DNA from: Bacteroidales bacterium | GTDB lineage: Bacteria; Bacteroidota; Bacteroidia; Bacteroidales; UBA3663 | Length of the DNA stretch: 64,000 nucleotides | NCBI GenBank assembly: GCA_045640225.1 | Contig: JAZUEP010000063.1 | Location: forward strand, 2,243 to 66,242 | Reading direction: 5' to 3' | Shown: in pieces, positions 52,654 to 62,029 of the stretch | How positions within the stretch are numbered: the first letter of the stretch is position 1 | How the letters are laid out: every line of letters begins with the position of its first letter | Made by a program: the position numbers and the translations under genes | The notes under the pieces: generated by a model | What the model was told of the DNA's origin: nothing | Databases searched by the model: none | The model's input: the letters and a program-made list of their open reading frames with translations, nothing else

Positions 52654-53793
52654 TTATTTGACGGCCTTGAGAGCCTTGGCGAAGCGCTCGAGGAAGAGGT
52701 CGCACTCCTTCTGCGTGATGCAGAGCGGTGGCAGGATACGCAGGACGTTGGTACCGGCAGCACCGGTGAAGACGTGCTGCTCGAACAACAGATTGTTGCG
52801 CACTTCCTTGTATGGATGGTCGAACTCGATGCCGATCATCAGGCCACGGCCACGCAGTTCCTTCAGGCCAGGGATGTCCATTGCCTTGAGGCCGGCCATC
52901 AGGTACTCGCCCATCTTGGCAGCATTGTCAATGAGGCCTTCCTCCTTGATTACATCGAGCACGGTGCACGCCAGGGCGCAACCCAGATGATTGCCACCGA
53001 AGGTGGTTCCAAGCTGACCATAGATAGGCTGGAACATTGGCGAGATCAATACGCCGGCAAAAGGATAGCCATTGGCAATGCCCTTAGCCACGGTAATGAT
53101 GTCAGGCTTGATTCCGTAGTACTGGTGCGCGAAGAACTTGCCCGAACGGCCGTAACCGGACTGAATCTCGTCCAGAATCAGCACTACGCCATTCTCCTGC
53201 GTCACCTGACGCAACTGCTGCATGAACTCGGTAGTAGGAATATGGATACCGCCTACGCCCGAGATGCCCTCGATGATGACAGCAGCGACATCACCGTTGG
53301 CAATCGAAGCCTTGATGCCCTCGATATCGCCCAGCTCGAAGAAGTCGACAGGGAAGGTCGAGTTGATCGGAGCCTGGATCTTAGGATTCTGTGTGACGTT
53401 TACGGCGGCAGAAGTACGGCCATGGAAGGCGTGTCCGAAGGCAATGATCTTCTTCTTGCCGGTATAGAACGAAGCCAGCTTCAAGGCATTCTCGTTGGCC
53501 TCGGCGCCCGAGTTGATCAGGAAGAGCTGATAATCGTCGTAACCGCAGATTGGGCCTAACTTCTCGGCCAGCTGGACCTGCAGCGGATTCTTGACCGCAT
53601 TGCTGTAGAAGCTGAGCTTTGCAGCCTGCTCCTGCATGGTCTGCAGATACCTTGGATGTGCATGACCAATCGAGATTACTGCATGGCCACCATAGAAGTC
53701 AAGATACTCCTGACCCTTATCGTCGTAGACATAGGCACCCTTGCCATGATCGATGGTTACATCGAATAACGGATATACATCAAATAGTTTCAT
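52654..53793 (-). CDS. argD: Acetyl/succinyl-ornithine aminotransferase (class III PLP)
   Basis: 379 aa. PLP-lysine context DIITVAKGIANGYP. Class-III aminotransferase layout in an arg operon context. Confidence 0.9.
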   Translation of the reverse strand: MKLFDVYPLFDVTIDHGKGAYVYDDKGQEYLDFYGGHAVISIGHAHPRYLQTMQEQAAKLSFYSNAVKNPLQVQLAEKLGPICGYDDYQLFLINSGAEANENALKLASFYTGKKKIIAFGHAFHGRTSAAVNVTQNPKIQAPINSTFPVDFFELGDIEGIKASIANGDVAAVIIEGISGVGGIHIPTTEFMQQLRQVTQENGVVLILDEIQSGYGRSGKFFAHQYYGIKPDIITVAKGIANGYPFAGVLISPMFQPIYGQLGTTFGGNHLGCALACTVLDVIKEEGLIDNAAKMGEYLMAGLKAMDIPGLKELRGRGLMIGIEFDHPYKEVRNNLLFEQHVFTGAAGTNVLRILPPLCITQKECDLFLERFAKALKAVK

Positions 53794-53800
53794 AAGTAGT

Positions 53801-54381
53801 AGCCCCTACCCCCTAACCCCTCCCCCGAACGGTGGAGGGGAGTAGATAGTATAATGGGCAAATATTTATTGGTTGTTAATATCGGTGAAGATGATATGCT
53901 GACGGATTGATCGCTTGACATCGTCGGTGTGATATAGGACTTCATCGTTCGTGAATCGCAGAACGCGATAACCCATTTGATTCAAGATGGCGGTTCGGCG
54001 CTCGTCATCTTCGCGTTGCTCTGGAGTCTCGTGATAGCCGCCATCCACTTCGATGACCAATTGCTCGTCAAGGCAAACAAAATCCGCAATGAATTCGCCT
54101 ATGGCATGCTGTCTACGGAATTTGATGCCCAGACCTTTGCGTCGCAGTATCTGCCATAGCATGTCTTCGGCCAGCGTTGGATTCTTCCGATTCTCGTCGG
54201 CATATTCGCGCAACGTGCCATATAGCATCGGATCCGCCGTTTTATTCTGAGAAGAGAAGTCTTCCCTTTGCCTCTTGATCATGCATTATCCATTTTTTGG
54301 GGTGGCATCAAATACCTCTCTCGTCCTCAGAAGCATCCTACTCCCCTCCACCGCTCGGGGGAGGGGCTGGGGGTAGGGGCT
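53801..54381. mobile_element. IR-flanked DUF559 cassette occupying the argC-argD spacer
   Basis: A 45-bp left arm (53801-53845) and 44-bp right arm (54338-54381) are reverse complements at about 41 positions. The arms abut the argD start and the argC stop. Confidence 0.6.
53866..54282 (-). CDS. DUF559 (Vsr/PD-(D/E)xK-like) endonuclease-domain protein
   Basis: 138 aa. Motif pattern GIKFRRQHAIGEFIADFVCLDEQLVIEVDGGYH...RTAILNQMGYRVLRFTNDEV. Confidence 0.85.
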   Translation of the reverse strand: MIKRQREDFSSQNKTADPMLYGTLREYADENRKNPTLAEDMLWQILRRKGLGIKFRRQHAIGEFIADFVCLDEQLVIEVDGGYHETPEQREDDERRTAILNQMGYRVLRFTNDEVLYHTDDVKRSIRQHIIFTDINNQ

Positions 54382-55515
54382 TTAGAACGCTATCGCCTTC
54401 AGCTTGAGTCCTGTCTTCTCGTCCAGGCCGAACATGAGGTTCATATTCTGGACAGCCTGGCCTACGGCACCCTTCAGGAGGTTGTCGATCATCGAGGTGA
54501 TGACAACCTTGCGGCCGAATACCTCGACGTGTACGAGTGCCTTGTTGGTACCAACGACTTGCTTGAGGTCGAGCGCAGAATCGCAATAATGGGTAAAGGC
54601 GGCATCCTTGTAGAAGTCCTTGTAGAGGGCTACTACCTCGTCCTTGCTCATCGCCTTGTCGAGCTTCACGACCTCGGTGCAGAAGATGCCACGAGCGAAG
54701 TCGCCACGATAAGGAATGAAATCGACGGTAATCGAGCCCCTCTCATTCTCCCCGAGGGGAGATGACTCTGTGGGATAACCCTCATTTAGCGTGTCAATGA
54801 CGCGAGGACTTCCTTCTGGACGGAGCTCATTGAGCGTCTGGGTAATCTCATGGAGGTGCTGATGAGTAAAGAGCTTGTAGACGCTCATGTTATCATTGCG
54901 CCATGAGAAGTGAGTGGTTGCGCCAGGCTTCTGGCCTGCTCCGGTCGAACCGGTGATGGCATTGACTGCAATGTCGTTGGTCAGAAGGCCGACCTTGGCC
55001 AATGGCAGAAGACCCACCTGAATACAGGTAGCGAAACAACCAGGGTTGGCAAGATACTGACACTGCTTAATTGCCTCACGATGAATCTCTGGCAAGCCAT
55101 AAACATACCGGGCTCCTTCATTTCCCCCAAGGGGGAAGGAGCCATCCCAATGACCAGGGCCAATACGGAAATCCTGTGCGAGGTCGATGATCTTGACATG
55201 AGCCGGAATCTGGTTCTCGGACGCGCTGGTCTCTCCCCCTTGGGGGAGATGGAGGGGGCCATGCTCCTTAAGGAAGGCCTCGCTCTTACCATGACCGAAG
55301 CAGAAGAAAATGACATCGACCTGATCGAATGGCATCTGATCGGTAAAGCAAAGCTCTGTATCACCCAGCAGGCCCTCGTGGACATCGGCCACACGATTGC
55401 CGGCATTCGACTCGCTGTTGGCGAATACGATTTCGACCTCAGGGTGATTAATCAAAATGCGGAGCAGCTCACCACCAGTGTAGCCAGCTGCTCCCAATAT
55501 TCCTACTTTGACCAT
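54382..55515 (-). CDS. argC: N-acetyl-gamma-glutamyl-phosphate reductase with three extra in-frame segments
   Basis: 377 aa. NAD motif ILGAAGYTGGELLRIL and catalytic ANPGCFATC. C-terminal DNLLKGAVGQAVQNMNLMFG. Longer than my recollection of ~320 aa for Bacteroidales ArgC. Confidence 0.9.
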   Translation of the reverse strand: MVKVGILGAAGYTGGELLRILINHPEVEIVFANSESNAGNRVADVHEGLLGDTELCFTDQMPFDQVDVIFFCFGHGKSEAFLKEHGPLHLPQGGETSASENQIPAHVKIIDLAQDFRIGPGHWDGSFPLGGNEGARYVYGLPEIHREAIKQCQYLANPGCFATCIQVGLLPLAKVGLLTNDIAVNAITGSTGAGQKPGATTHFSWRNDNMSVYKLFTHQHLHEITQTLNELRPEGSPRVIDTLNEGYPTESSPLGENERGSITVDFIPYRGDFARGIFCTEVVKLDKAMSKDEVVALYKDFYKDAAFTHYCDSALDLKQVVGTNKALVHVEVFGRKVVITSMIDNLLKGAVGQAVQNMNLMFGLDEKTGLKLKAIAF

Positions 55516-55517
55516 GT

Positions 55518-55700
55518 TTATTCGTTAGGAAGGATAAGTGCGCAAATGATGTAGAGCAGCAGACCGAATCCACCGAGGAGCACGCAGCAAAGCCAGATGA
55601 TACGTACGATGGTAGAATCAAGGCCGAAGAACTTAGCCACACCGGCACAAACGCCGAAAAGCTTCTTGTCGGTCGTCGATTTTGTCAATTTATTTGCCAT
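55518..55700 (-). CDS. PspC-domain membrane protein
   Basis: 60 aa. KKLFGVCAGVAKFFGLDSTIVRIIW followed by a TM helix. Confidence 0.8.
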   Translation of the reverse strand: MANKLTKSTTDKKLFGVCAGVAKFFGLDSTIVRIIWLCCVLLGGFGLLLYIICALILPNE

Positions 55701-55724
55701 AGTTGTATTACTTTGTTTTAGTTA

Positions 55725-56924
55725 TTAACGATCCTCCTCAGGATGAACAGAATAATAAGCACGGAGAGGAGTTGAGGTTACCTTGATGAAGCCCTTGGCG
55801 TCTTCAGAGGTCCAGGCCTTGGCTGTCTCGCCATACTCACCCAGCTTGTTGTGTACCAGGTCGTCAGGAGTGTCAGCACCAACAGTCTGGAAAGTATAAG
55901 GACGAAGCTCGAGGGTAACGGTACCGTTCACATTACGCTGGCTCGATTCGAGCATAGCCTCCATATCGGGCATCACAGGCTCGAGGTACTGGCTCTCGTG
56001 GAGGAACATGCCATACCAGTTCGATACCTGATCCTTCCAGTACTGCTGCCACTTCGACAGGGTGAACTTCTCGAGGAAACGATGTGCGGCGATGATCAGC
56101 ATAGGAGCAGCAGCTTCGAAGCCCACACGTCCCTTGATACCGATAATGGTGTCGCCTACATGGCAGTCACGGCCAATGGCATAAGCCGCACCAATCTTCT
56201 CGACCTCCTGGATTGCCTTGATCTTGTCGTCGTATTCAACACCGTTCACCGAGCAGATTTCGCCCTTCTTGAACCCGATGGAAAGAATCTCTGGCTCGCT
56301 CTTGGTCGGATGCTTCAGGTAAGCGCTCTCTGGCAGACCCTGGGTAGAATCGAGGATCTCACCACCGCAGATCGAGGTACCCCAGAGACCTACATTGTAC
56401 GAATACTTGAGCTTGGTGAAGTCAGCGAAATAACCATTGGCATTGAGGTAGTCTACCTCTTCCTGACGCGAAAGGTTGCGATCGCGGGTCAACGTGATGA
56501 TCTCGACGCCTGGAGCCATAACGAGGAAGGTCATATCGAAACGGATCTGGTCATTGCCGGCACCGGTCGAACCGTGAGCGATGGCATCAGCGCCAATCTC
56601 CTTAGCATAGCGTGCGATAGCCAGAGCCTGGAAGATACGCTCTGACGACACAGAGATCGGATAGCAATTGTTACGCAATACGTTGCCATACACCATGTAA
56701 CGCAGCGACTTGTCGTAGTACTCCTTGGTAACATCAAGGGTTACGTACTTCACAGCGCCCAGCTTATAGGCGTTTTCCTCGTTGGTCTTGAGTTGCTCCT
56801 CGCTGAAGCCGCCGGTGTTGGCACAAGCGGCATACACCTCGTATCCCATCTCCTTGGTGAGATACATCACATTATAACTGGTATCCAGACCGCCACTGAA
56901 GGCGACTACTACTTTTTTTGCCAT
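55725..56924 (-). CDS. argG: Argininosuccinate synthase
   Basis: 399 aa. ATP-binding AFSGGLDTS and HGSTGAGNDQIRF. Confidence 0.95.
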   Translation of the reverse strand: MAKKVVVAFSGGLDTSYNVMYLTKEMGYEVYAACANTGGFSEEQLKTNEENAYKLGAVKYVTLDVTKEYYDKSLRYMVYGNVLRNNCYPISVSSERIFQALAIARYAKEIGADAIAHGSTGAGNDQIRFDMTFLVMAPGVEIITLTRDRNLSRQEEVDYLNANGYFADFTKLKYSYNVGLWGTSICGGEILDSTQGLPESAYLKHPTKSEPEILSIGFKKGEICSVNGVEYDDKIKAIQEVEKIGAAYAIGRDCHVGDTIIGIKGRVGFEAAAPMLIIAAHRFLEKFTLSKWQQYWKDQVSNWYGMFLHESQYLEPVMPDMEAMLESSQRNVNGTVTLELRPYTFQTVGADTPDDLVHNKLGEYGETAKAWTSEDAKGFIKVTSTPLRAYYSVHPEEDR

Positions 56925-56960
56925 AAGTAATTCGTAATTTGTAATTCGTAATTATTCTAA

Positions 56961-57563
56961 TCAAATCTTATCCAGATCCTCGAGCTGCTCATCCGGATGT
57001 TCTGCCGGATCGTACAGCATTGCGGTACAGATGCAACGCTTGAAATCCGTACGGGTCAGGACATCGTAGTTGACGCAAGACTGGCAGCCGCGCCAGAAGG
57101 CAGGATCGTCGGTCAGCTGTTCGAAGGTCACCGGACGATATCCGAGTTCGTGATTGATCTTCAGTACGGCAGCACCGCTGGTCAGACCAAACAGTTTGGC
57201 CTCGGGGAACAGGCGGCGGCTGTAGTTGAACGAGAATCGCTTGATTCGCGTAGCCAGGCCCAGGCCGCGATACTTAGGATTCACGATCAGACCAGAGTTA
57301 ACGATATACTGCTTGTTGCTCCAGCTCTCGATATAACAGAAACCGGCGAAATCAGAGCCGCACAATGCGATGATGGCCTTACCTTCGATCATCTTCTGAG
57401 CCACATAATCAGGCGAACGACGGGCAATACCCGTTCCTCGTGCCTTCGACGATTCTTCGATTGTGTTCAGAATCTCTTCTACAAAATGAATATGCTGCTT
57501 ACCAGCTACATAAATCCTGATTTGGGGCTGCTGTCCAGCCTCAGGAGTCTTAACTTCTTCCAT
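56961..57563 (-). CDS. GNAT-family N-acetyltransferase of the arg operon
   Basis: 200 aa. Acyl-CoA binding region VNPKYRGLGLATRIKRF. Position between argR and argG. Confidence 0.8.
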   Translation of the reverse strand: MEEVKTPEAGQQPQIRIYVAGKQHIHFVEEILNTIEESSKARGTGIARRSPDYVAQKMIEGKAIIALCGSDFAGFCYIESWSNKQYIVNSGLIVNPKYRGLGLATRIKRFSFNYSRRLFPEAKLFGLTSGAAVLKINHELGYRPVTFEQLTDDPAFWRGCQSCVNYDVLTRTDFKRCICTAMLYDPAEHPDEQLEDLDKI

Positions 57564-57629
57564 TGCTTCAATTCAGAATGGTATCAATTGTCTTTTTTTA
57601 TCTTTTTCTTTGGGGTTGTTCTATGCTTA

Positions 57630-58106
57630 TCAGAGACTCTTGGGCAAGGCGTCGCAAAGAGCTTCGGCCACCTGCTGAGTCGTAAAACCACCTCGTGGAA
57701 TCACTAATATCGTATCGTCGCCTGCCAGGGTACCCATTACCTCGGGCAAGGCACTCATATCTATATCGTAGGCGATGCTGCTGGCGTATCCAGGCTTGGT
57801 GCGTATCACAATCAGTATCTGGCTGCACTCAATGCTGACCACACCGGCCACCGTCTTAGGCGGGATAAAATGGGGAGACACCTTGTTGTGTGCCGAAGCA
57901 GCGACGTCAGGCATGACATACATGTAGGCGCCCTCTCGCGTTGCGATTTTGGCAATCTGCATCTGCTTGAGGTCACGGCTCAGTGTTGCCTGTGTCACTT
58001 CGAATCCTTGCTTACGCAACTCTTGCAGTAGTTCTTCTTGGCTACCAATACTCTGACTTTGGATCACCTCTCGGATTGCATTAATCCTGTCTTTCTTATT
58101 TTTCAT
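57630..58106 (-). CDS. argR: Arginine repressor
   Basis: Start set at MKNKKDRINAIREVI (58106), downstream of a TATCTTTG-type box near 58155. Winged-helix N-terminal domain and C-terminal GTLAGDDTILVI. Confidence 0.88.
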   Translation of the reverse strand: MKNKKDRINAIREVIQSQSIGSQEELLQELRKQGFEVTQATLSRDLKQMQIAKIATREGAYMYVMPDVAASAHNKVSPHFIPPKTVAGVVSIECSQILIVIRTKPGYASSIAYDIDMSALPEVMGTLAGDDTILVIPRGGFTTQQVAEALCDALPKSL

Positions 58107-58286
58107 CGTCCCTAGCAGAAACCTGAATATGTATATACTTTGTTTTTTTCGCTGCAAAGATATACATTATCTGCATAAATGCAAAATATTTACCCTATAA
58201 TTTTACATTTTATCCTAAAAAATGCGCCATTATTCAATATTTATTTTGCAATTATGCAGATTATGATGCTTTTTTCAGCATCTTTT

Positions 58287-58859
58287 TTATTCCATTGCCA
58301 GAATAGTCTCCTTAATTACGCGTGGGAAGTGTGCATACTCCAGTGCATGCACCTTCGTAGCCACAGCATGCGCATCATCGCCGGCCTCAACAGGACAGGT
58401 AGCCTGGAAGATAATGTCGCCGTTGTCGAAGAACTCGTTGACGTAATGGATCGTAATACCCGATTCCTTGTCGCCACAACGGACTACATCTTCGTGTACA
58501 CGATCGCCATACATTCCCTTGCCGCAATGCAGCGGGATCAATGCCGGATGGATATTGACAATGGCACGTGGATAGGCATCGACCAGATATTTAGGCACCA
58601 GCAACAGATAACCGGCCAGCACTATGAAGTCGATCTTATACTCGGCCAGAAGCCCAAGGACAGCTGCCTCGTCGGCCATGTCGGCCTTGGTCACCAACTT
58701 CGAAGGAATGCCCAGACGATTGGCTCGCTCAAAGACATAAGCATCAGCCTTGTTGCACACAATGAGAGAGATGCGTGCTACGTCGCTCCCCTCGAAATAC
58801 CCCGCAATATTCTCAGCATTCGAACCCGAACCTGATGCAAAAATAGCGATATTTTTCAT
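58287..58859 (-). CDS. purN: Phosphoribosylglycinamide formyltransferase
   Basis: Start set at MKNIAIFASGSGSNAENI (58859). Motif NIHPALIP. The track ORF N-terminal extension was rejected. Confidence 0.9.
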   Translation of the reverse strand: MKNIAIFASGSGSNAENIAGYFEGSDVARISLIVCNKADAYVFERANRLGIPSKLVTKADMADEAAVLGLLAEYKIDFIVLAGYLLLVPKYLVDAYPRAIVNIHPALIPLHCGKGMYGDRVHEDVVRCGDKESGITIHYVNEFFDNGDIIFQATCPVEAGDDAHAVATKVHALEYAHFPRVIKETILAME

Positions 58860-59106
58860 TTTCAGTTTACAATTTAGCACAAAACTAACATTTTTGTGCA
58901 GAAATATACATTTTCTTATAAAATAATTTCGCCACACCGAATAAATTTTGTTTCTTTGCAGCGTGAAATTGGTTAAAAACCGGCACAAATGTAGCCGTTT
59001 TTTATTAATTCTCCAAAAAATAGTGTAAAAATTTGCACTTCCCCGTCTTCCGAAACGGGATTTGCCAATACGAAACAACAATATTCACATTTTAAATATT
59101 ACAACT

Positions 59107-59340
59107 ATGTCAGAAATCGAAAGCAAAGTAAAAGAGATTATCGTAGAGAAGCTTGGTGTTGATGAGTCAGAGGTTACTCTCGAGGCATCTTTCACCAACG
59201 ACCTTGGCGCAGACTCACTCGACACCGTTGAGCTCATCATGGAGTTCGAGAAGGAGTTCGGTATCACCATCCCAGATGATCAGGCTGAGAAGATCGCTAC
59301 CGTAGGTGACGCTGTTGCTTACATCGAGGCTAACAAGTAA
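59107..59340 (+). CDS. acpP: Acyl carrier protein
   Basis: Start at [18 protein letters not shown]. Phosphopantetheine site [13 protein letters not shown]. Confidence 0.95.
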   Translation: MSEIESKVKEIIVEKLGVDESEVTLEASFTNDLGADSLDTVELIMEFEKEFGITIPDDQAEKIATVGDAVAYIEANK

Positions 59341-59453
59341 TCACTTTTATTGAAGTTACTAATTACAATTACAAATTACACATTGTATTGTCTTCGCAGA
59401 CAGACGATGGTTGTAATTCGTAATCAGTAATTAGTAATTTTTTATATATAACT

Positions 59454-60710
59454 ATGGAATTAAAGAGAGTAGTAGTAACGGGCCTGGGCGCCGTTACCCC
59501 GCTTGGCAAGTCGGTCGATGAGACCTGGGCCAACCTCCTGGAGGGCAAGAGCGGATGCGCACCTGTGACCCTTATTGACGCTTCTAAATTCAAGACCCAG
59601 TTTGCCTGCGAGGTGAAGGATTTCGATCCGACACTTTACTTCGAGAAGAAGGAGGTCCGCAAGGTTGACCGCTATACCCAGCTGGCTTTTGCCGCTGTCG
59701 ACGAGGCCATCAAGGATTGCGGACTTGACCTTGAGACTGCCGACAAGAACCGTATCGGAGTTATCTACAGCTCGGGCATCGGTGGCATCAAGACCTTCCA
59801 CGACGAGTCAAAGGGCTACAATGACGAGGTGGGTCCAAAATACAACCCATTCTTCATCCCCAAGATGATTGCCGACATCGCTGCCGGCATGCTCAGCATC
59901 AAGTACGGTTTCCATGGTCCTAACTACGGTACCGTTTCGGCTTGTGCTTCTTCGACCCACGGCATGATCGACGCATTCAACCTCATCCGTCTGGGCAAGG
60001 CCAACATCATCGTTACCGGCGGTGCCGAGGCTCCTATCTCCGAGCCAGGTCTGGGTGGCTTCAATGCCATGAAGGCCCTTTCGACCCGCAACGACGATCC
60101 TGCTCGTGCCAGCCGTCCTTTCTCGGCCAGCCGCGATGGCTTCGTAATGGGCGAAGGCTCTGGCTGCCTCATCCTCGAGGAGCTCGAGCATGCCAAGGCT
60201 CGTGGTGCCAAGATCTACGCCGAAGTAGTAGGCGGAGGCATGTCAGCCGATGCTTATCACCTCACCGCCACTCACCCTGAGGGTCTGGGCGCAAAGCTTG
60301 TGATGACCGCAGCGCTCGAAGACGCCGGACTCAAGCCTGAGGATATTGACTACATCAACGTTCACGGCACCTCGACCCACGTAGGCGACATCTCTGAGGC
60401 TAAGGCTATCAAGGAAGTATTCGGCGACTGGGCATACAAGCTCAACATTTCGTCAACCAAGTCAATGACTGGTCACCTGCTCGGTGCTGCCGGCTCTGTC
60501 GAGGCCTTGATTTGCGTCAAGTCTGTACAGTGCGATATGGTTCCTCCTACCATCAATCACGACGAGGAGGACAAGGATCCAGAGATTGACTACGATCTGA
60601 ACTTCACCTTCAACAAGGCTCAGAAGCGTACCGTTCGCGCCGCATTGTCGAACACCTTCGGCTTCGGTGGCCACAACGGCTCGGTTATCGTCAAGAAATA
60701 CGTCGACTAA
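59454..60710 (+). CDS. fabF: Beta-ketoacyl-ACP synthase II
   Basis: 418 aa. Active-site region SACASSTHG, the NVHGTSTHVGD His context, and GFGGHNGSVIV. Confidence 0.95.
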   Translation: MELKRVVVTGLGAVTPLGKSVDETWANLLEGKSGCAPVTLIDASKFKTQFACEVKDFDPTLYFEKKEVRKVDRYTQLAFAAVDEAIKDCGLDLETADKNRIGVIYSSGIGGIKTFHDESKGYNDEVGPKYNPFFIPKMIADIAAGMLSIKYGFHGPNYGTVSACASSTHGMIDAFNLIRLGKANIIVTGGAEAPISEPGLGGFNAMKALSTRNDDPARASRPFSASRDGFVMGEGSGCLILEELEHAKARGAKIYAEVVGGGMSADAYHLTATHPEGLGAKLVMTAALEDAGLKPEDIDYINVHGTSTHVGDISEAKAIKEVFGDWAYKLNISSTKSMTGHLLGAAGSVEALICVKSVQCDMVPPTINHDEEDKDPEIDYDLNFTFNKAQKRTVRAALSNTFGFGGHNGSVIVKKYVD

Positions 60711-60736
60711 AGTCGAAGCTAAAGAGTTAAAAAGCT

Positions 60737-60786
60737 AAAGAGTTAAAAAGTGCTTGCGGTTCGACCCTAAGTCTTTTTAACTCTTT
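60737..60786 (+). terminator. Hairpin terminator downstream of fabF built from A/T word repeats
   Basis: Perfect 14-bp arms AAAGAGTTAAAAAG (60737-60750) / CTTTTTAACTCTTT (60773-60786), with T-rich sequence downstream. Confidence 0.7.
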
Positions 60787-60861
60787 CTCGTTTTAGTCTT
60801 TTTTTCTGCGACAAACGAACTCTTTAACTATTTAACTCTTTCACTTTTTAACTTACAAGAT

Positions 60862-61896
60862 ATGCGTTATTATCAGAATGTACACGACCTCGGCGACCTG
60901 CAGGCAGCCGTACGCGAAGCACTCGAGGTCAAGCAGAACCGCTACGGTTACCAGCACCTCGGCAAGAACAAGACCTGCCTCCTTATCTTCTTCAACAACT
61001 CGCTCCGTACTCGCCTCTCGACCCAGAAGGCCGCACAGAACCTGGGCATGAACACCATCGTGCTCGACGTCAACGCCGGTGCCTGGAAGCTCGAGACCGA
61101 ACGTGGCGTCGTCATGGACGGCGACAAGGCCGAGCATCTGCTCGAGGCTATCCCCGTCATGGCCAGCTATGCCGATATCATCGGTGTACGTTCGTTTGCC
61201 CGCTTCGAATCGAAGAAGGACGACTACGAGGAGAAGATTCTCTCGCAGTTCATCAAGTATTCAGGCAAGCCTGTATTCTCGATGGAGTGCGCCACTGGCC
61301 ATCCGTTACAGGCCCTGGCCGACATCATCACCATCGAGGAGCATATGCAGAACGCTCGTCCCAAGGTTGTCATGACCTGGGCTCCTCATCCAGGCCGTCT
61401 GCCACAGGCCGTACCTAATTCGTTTGCACAGTTCGCCGTTGCAGCCGGTTACGAAGTGGTCATCACCCACCCTCATGGCTTTGAGCTCGACGAGCGCTTC
61501 ACGGCCGGTGCCACCATCGAATACGACCAGATGAAGGCCTTCGAAGGTGCCGACTTCGTATATGCCAAGAACTGGAGTGCCTATGCAGATCCTTTCTACG
61601 GTCAGAACCTCGAGAAGGTTGCCATTGCCGGTGGCCTGACCGGTCCTAACGGTTTCCCTGCCCTCGAACTCCCAGGCATTGGCCTCTACGAGGAGGATTG
61701 GCGTTCATGGACGGTCAGCGATCGTCAGATGGCCGTCACCAACGATGCCCACTTCATGCACTGCCTGCCTGTCCGCCGTAACATGATCGTTACTGACGAC
61801 GTCATCGAGGGTCCTCGTTCGCTGGTGATCCCCGAGGCTGCCAACCGCGAGATTTCGGCCGAAACCGTCATCAAGCGCATGCTCGAGGCGCTGTAA
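60862..61896 (+). CDS. argF: N-acyl-ornithine carbamoyltransferase (Bacteroides argF'-type, succinyl/acetyl-ornithine)
   Basis: 344 aa. Carbamoyltransferase motifs FNNSLRTRLS and HPLQALAD. C-terminal FMHCLPVRRN, characteristic of the argF' lineage. Confidence 0.85.
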   Translation: MRYYQNVHDLGDLQAAVREALEVKQNRYGYQHLGKNKTCLLIFFNNSLRTRLSTQKAAQNLGMNTIVLDVNAGAWKLETERGVVMDGDKAEHLLEAIPVMASYADIIGVRSFARFESKKDDYEEKILSQFIKYSGKPVFSMECATGHPLQALADIITIEEHMQNARPKVVMTWAPHPGRLPQAVPNSFAQFAVAAGYEVVITHPHGFELDERFTAGATIEYDQMKAFEGADFVYAKNWSAYADPFYGQNLEKVAIAGGLTGPNGFPALELPGIGLYEEDWRSWTVSDRQMAVTNDAHFMHCLPVRRNMIVTDDVIEGPRSLVIPEAANREISAETVIKRMLEAL

Positions 61897-61915
61897 GGAG
61901 GGAAAAAGATAAAAA

Positions 61916-62013
61916 GGTAAAGAGGTAAAAAGGTATCCAGTCTCTCGACCTCAAAGATAAGAAAGCCGACCCGCTGGTCACCTTTTTACCTTTTACCTTT
62001 TTACCTCTTTACC
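61916..62013. terminator. Long-stem bidirectional terminator between argF' and ddh
   Basis: Perfect 19-bp arms GGTAAAGAGGTAAAAAGGT (61916-61934) / ACCTTTTTACCTCTTTACC (61995-62013) with a 60-nt loop. Confidence 0.65.
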
Positions 62014-62029
62014 TCGTTACTTTCGGGCT

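Noticed and set aside
61600-61700. Possible ~26-aa insertion in argF' (…EKVAIAGGLTGPNGFPALELPGIGLYEE…) analogous to the argC inserts
   Set aside because: No palindrome or repeat signature is present in the DNA. My recollection of the reference ArgF' length is not reliable enough, so this needs an alignment.
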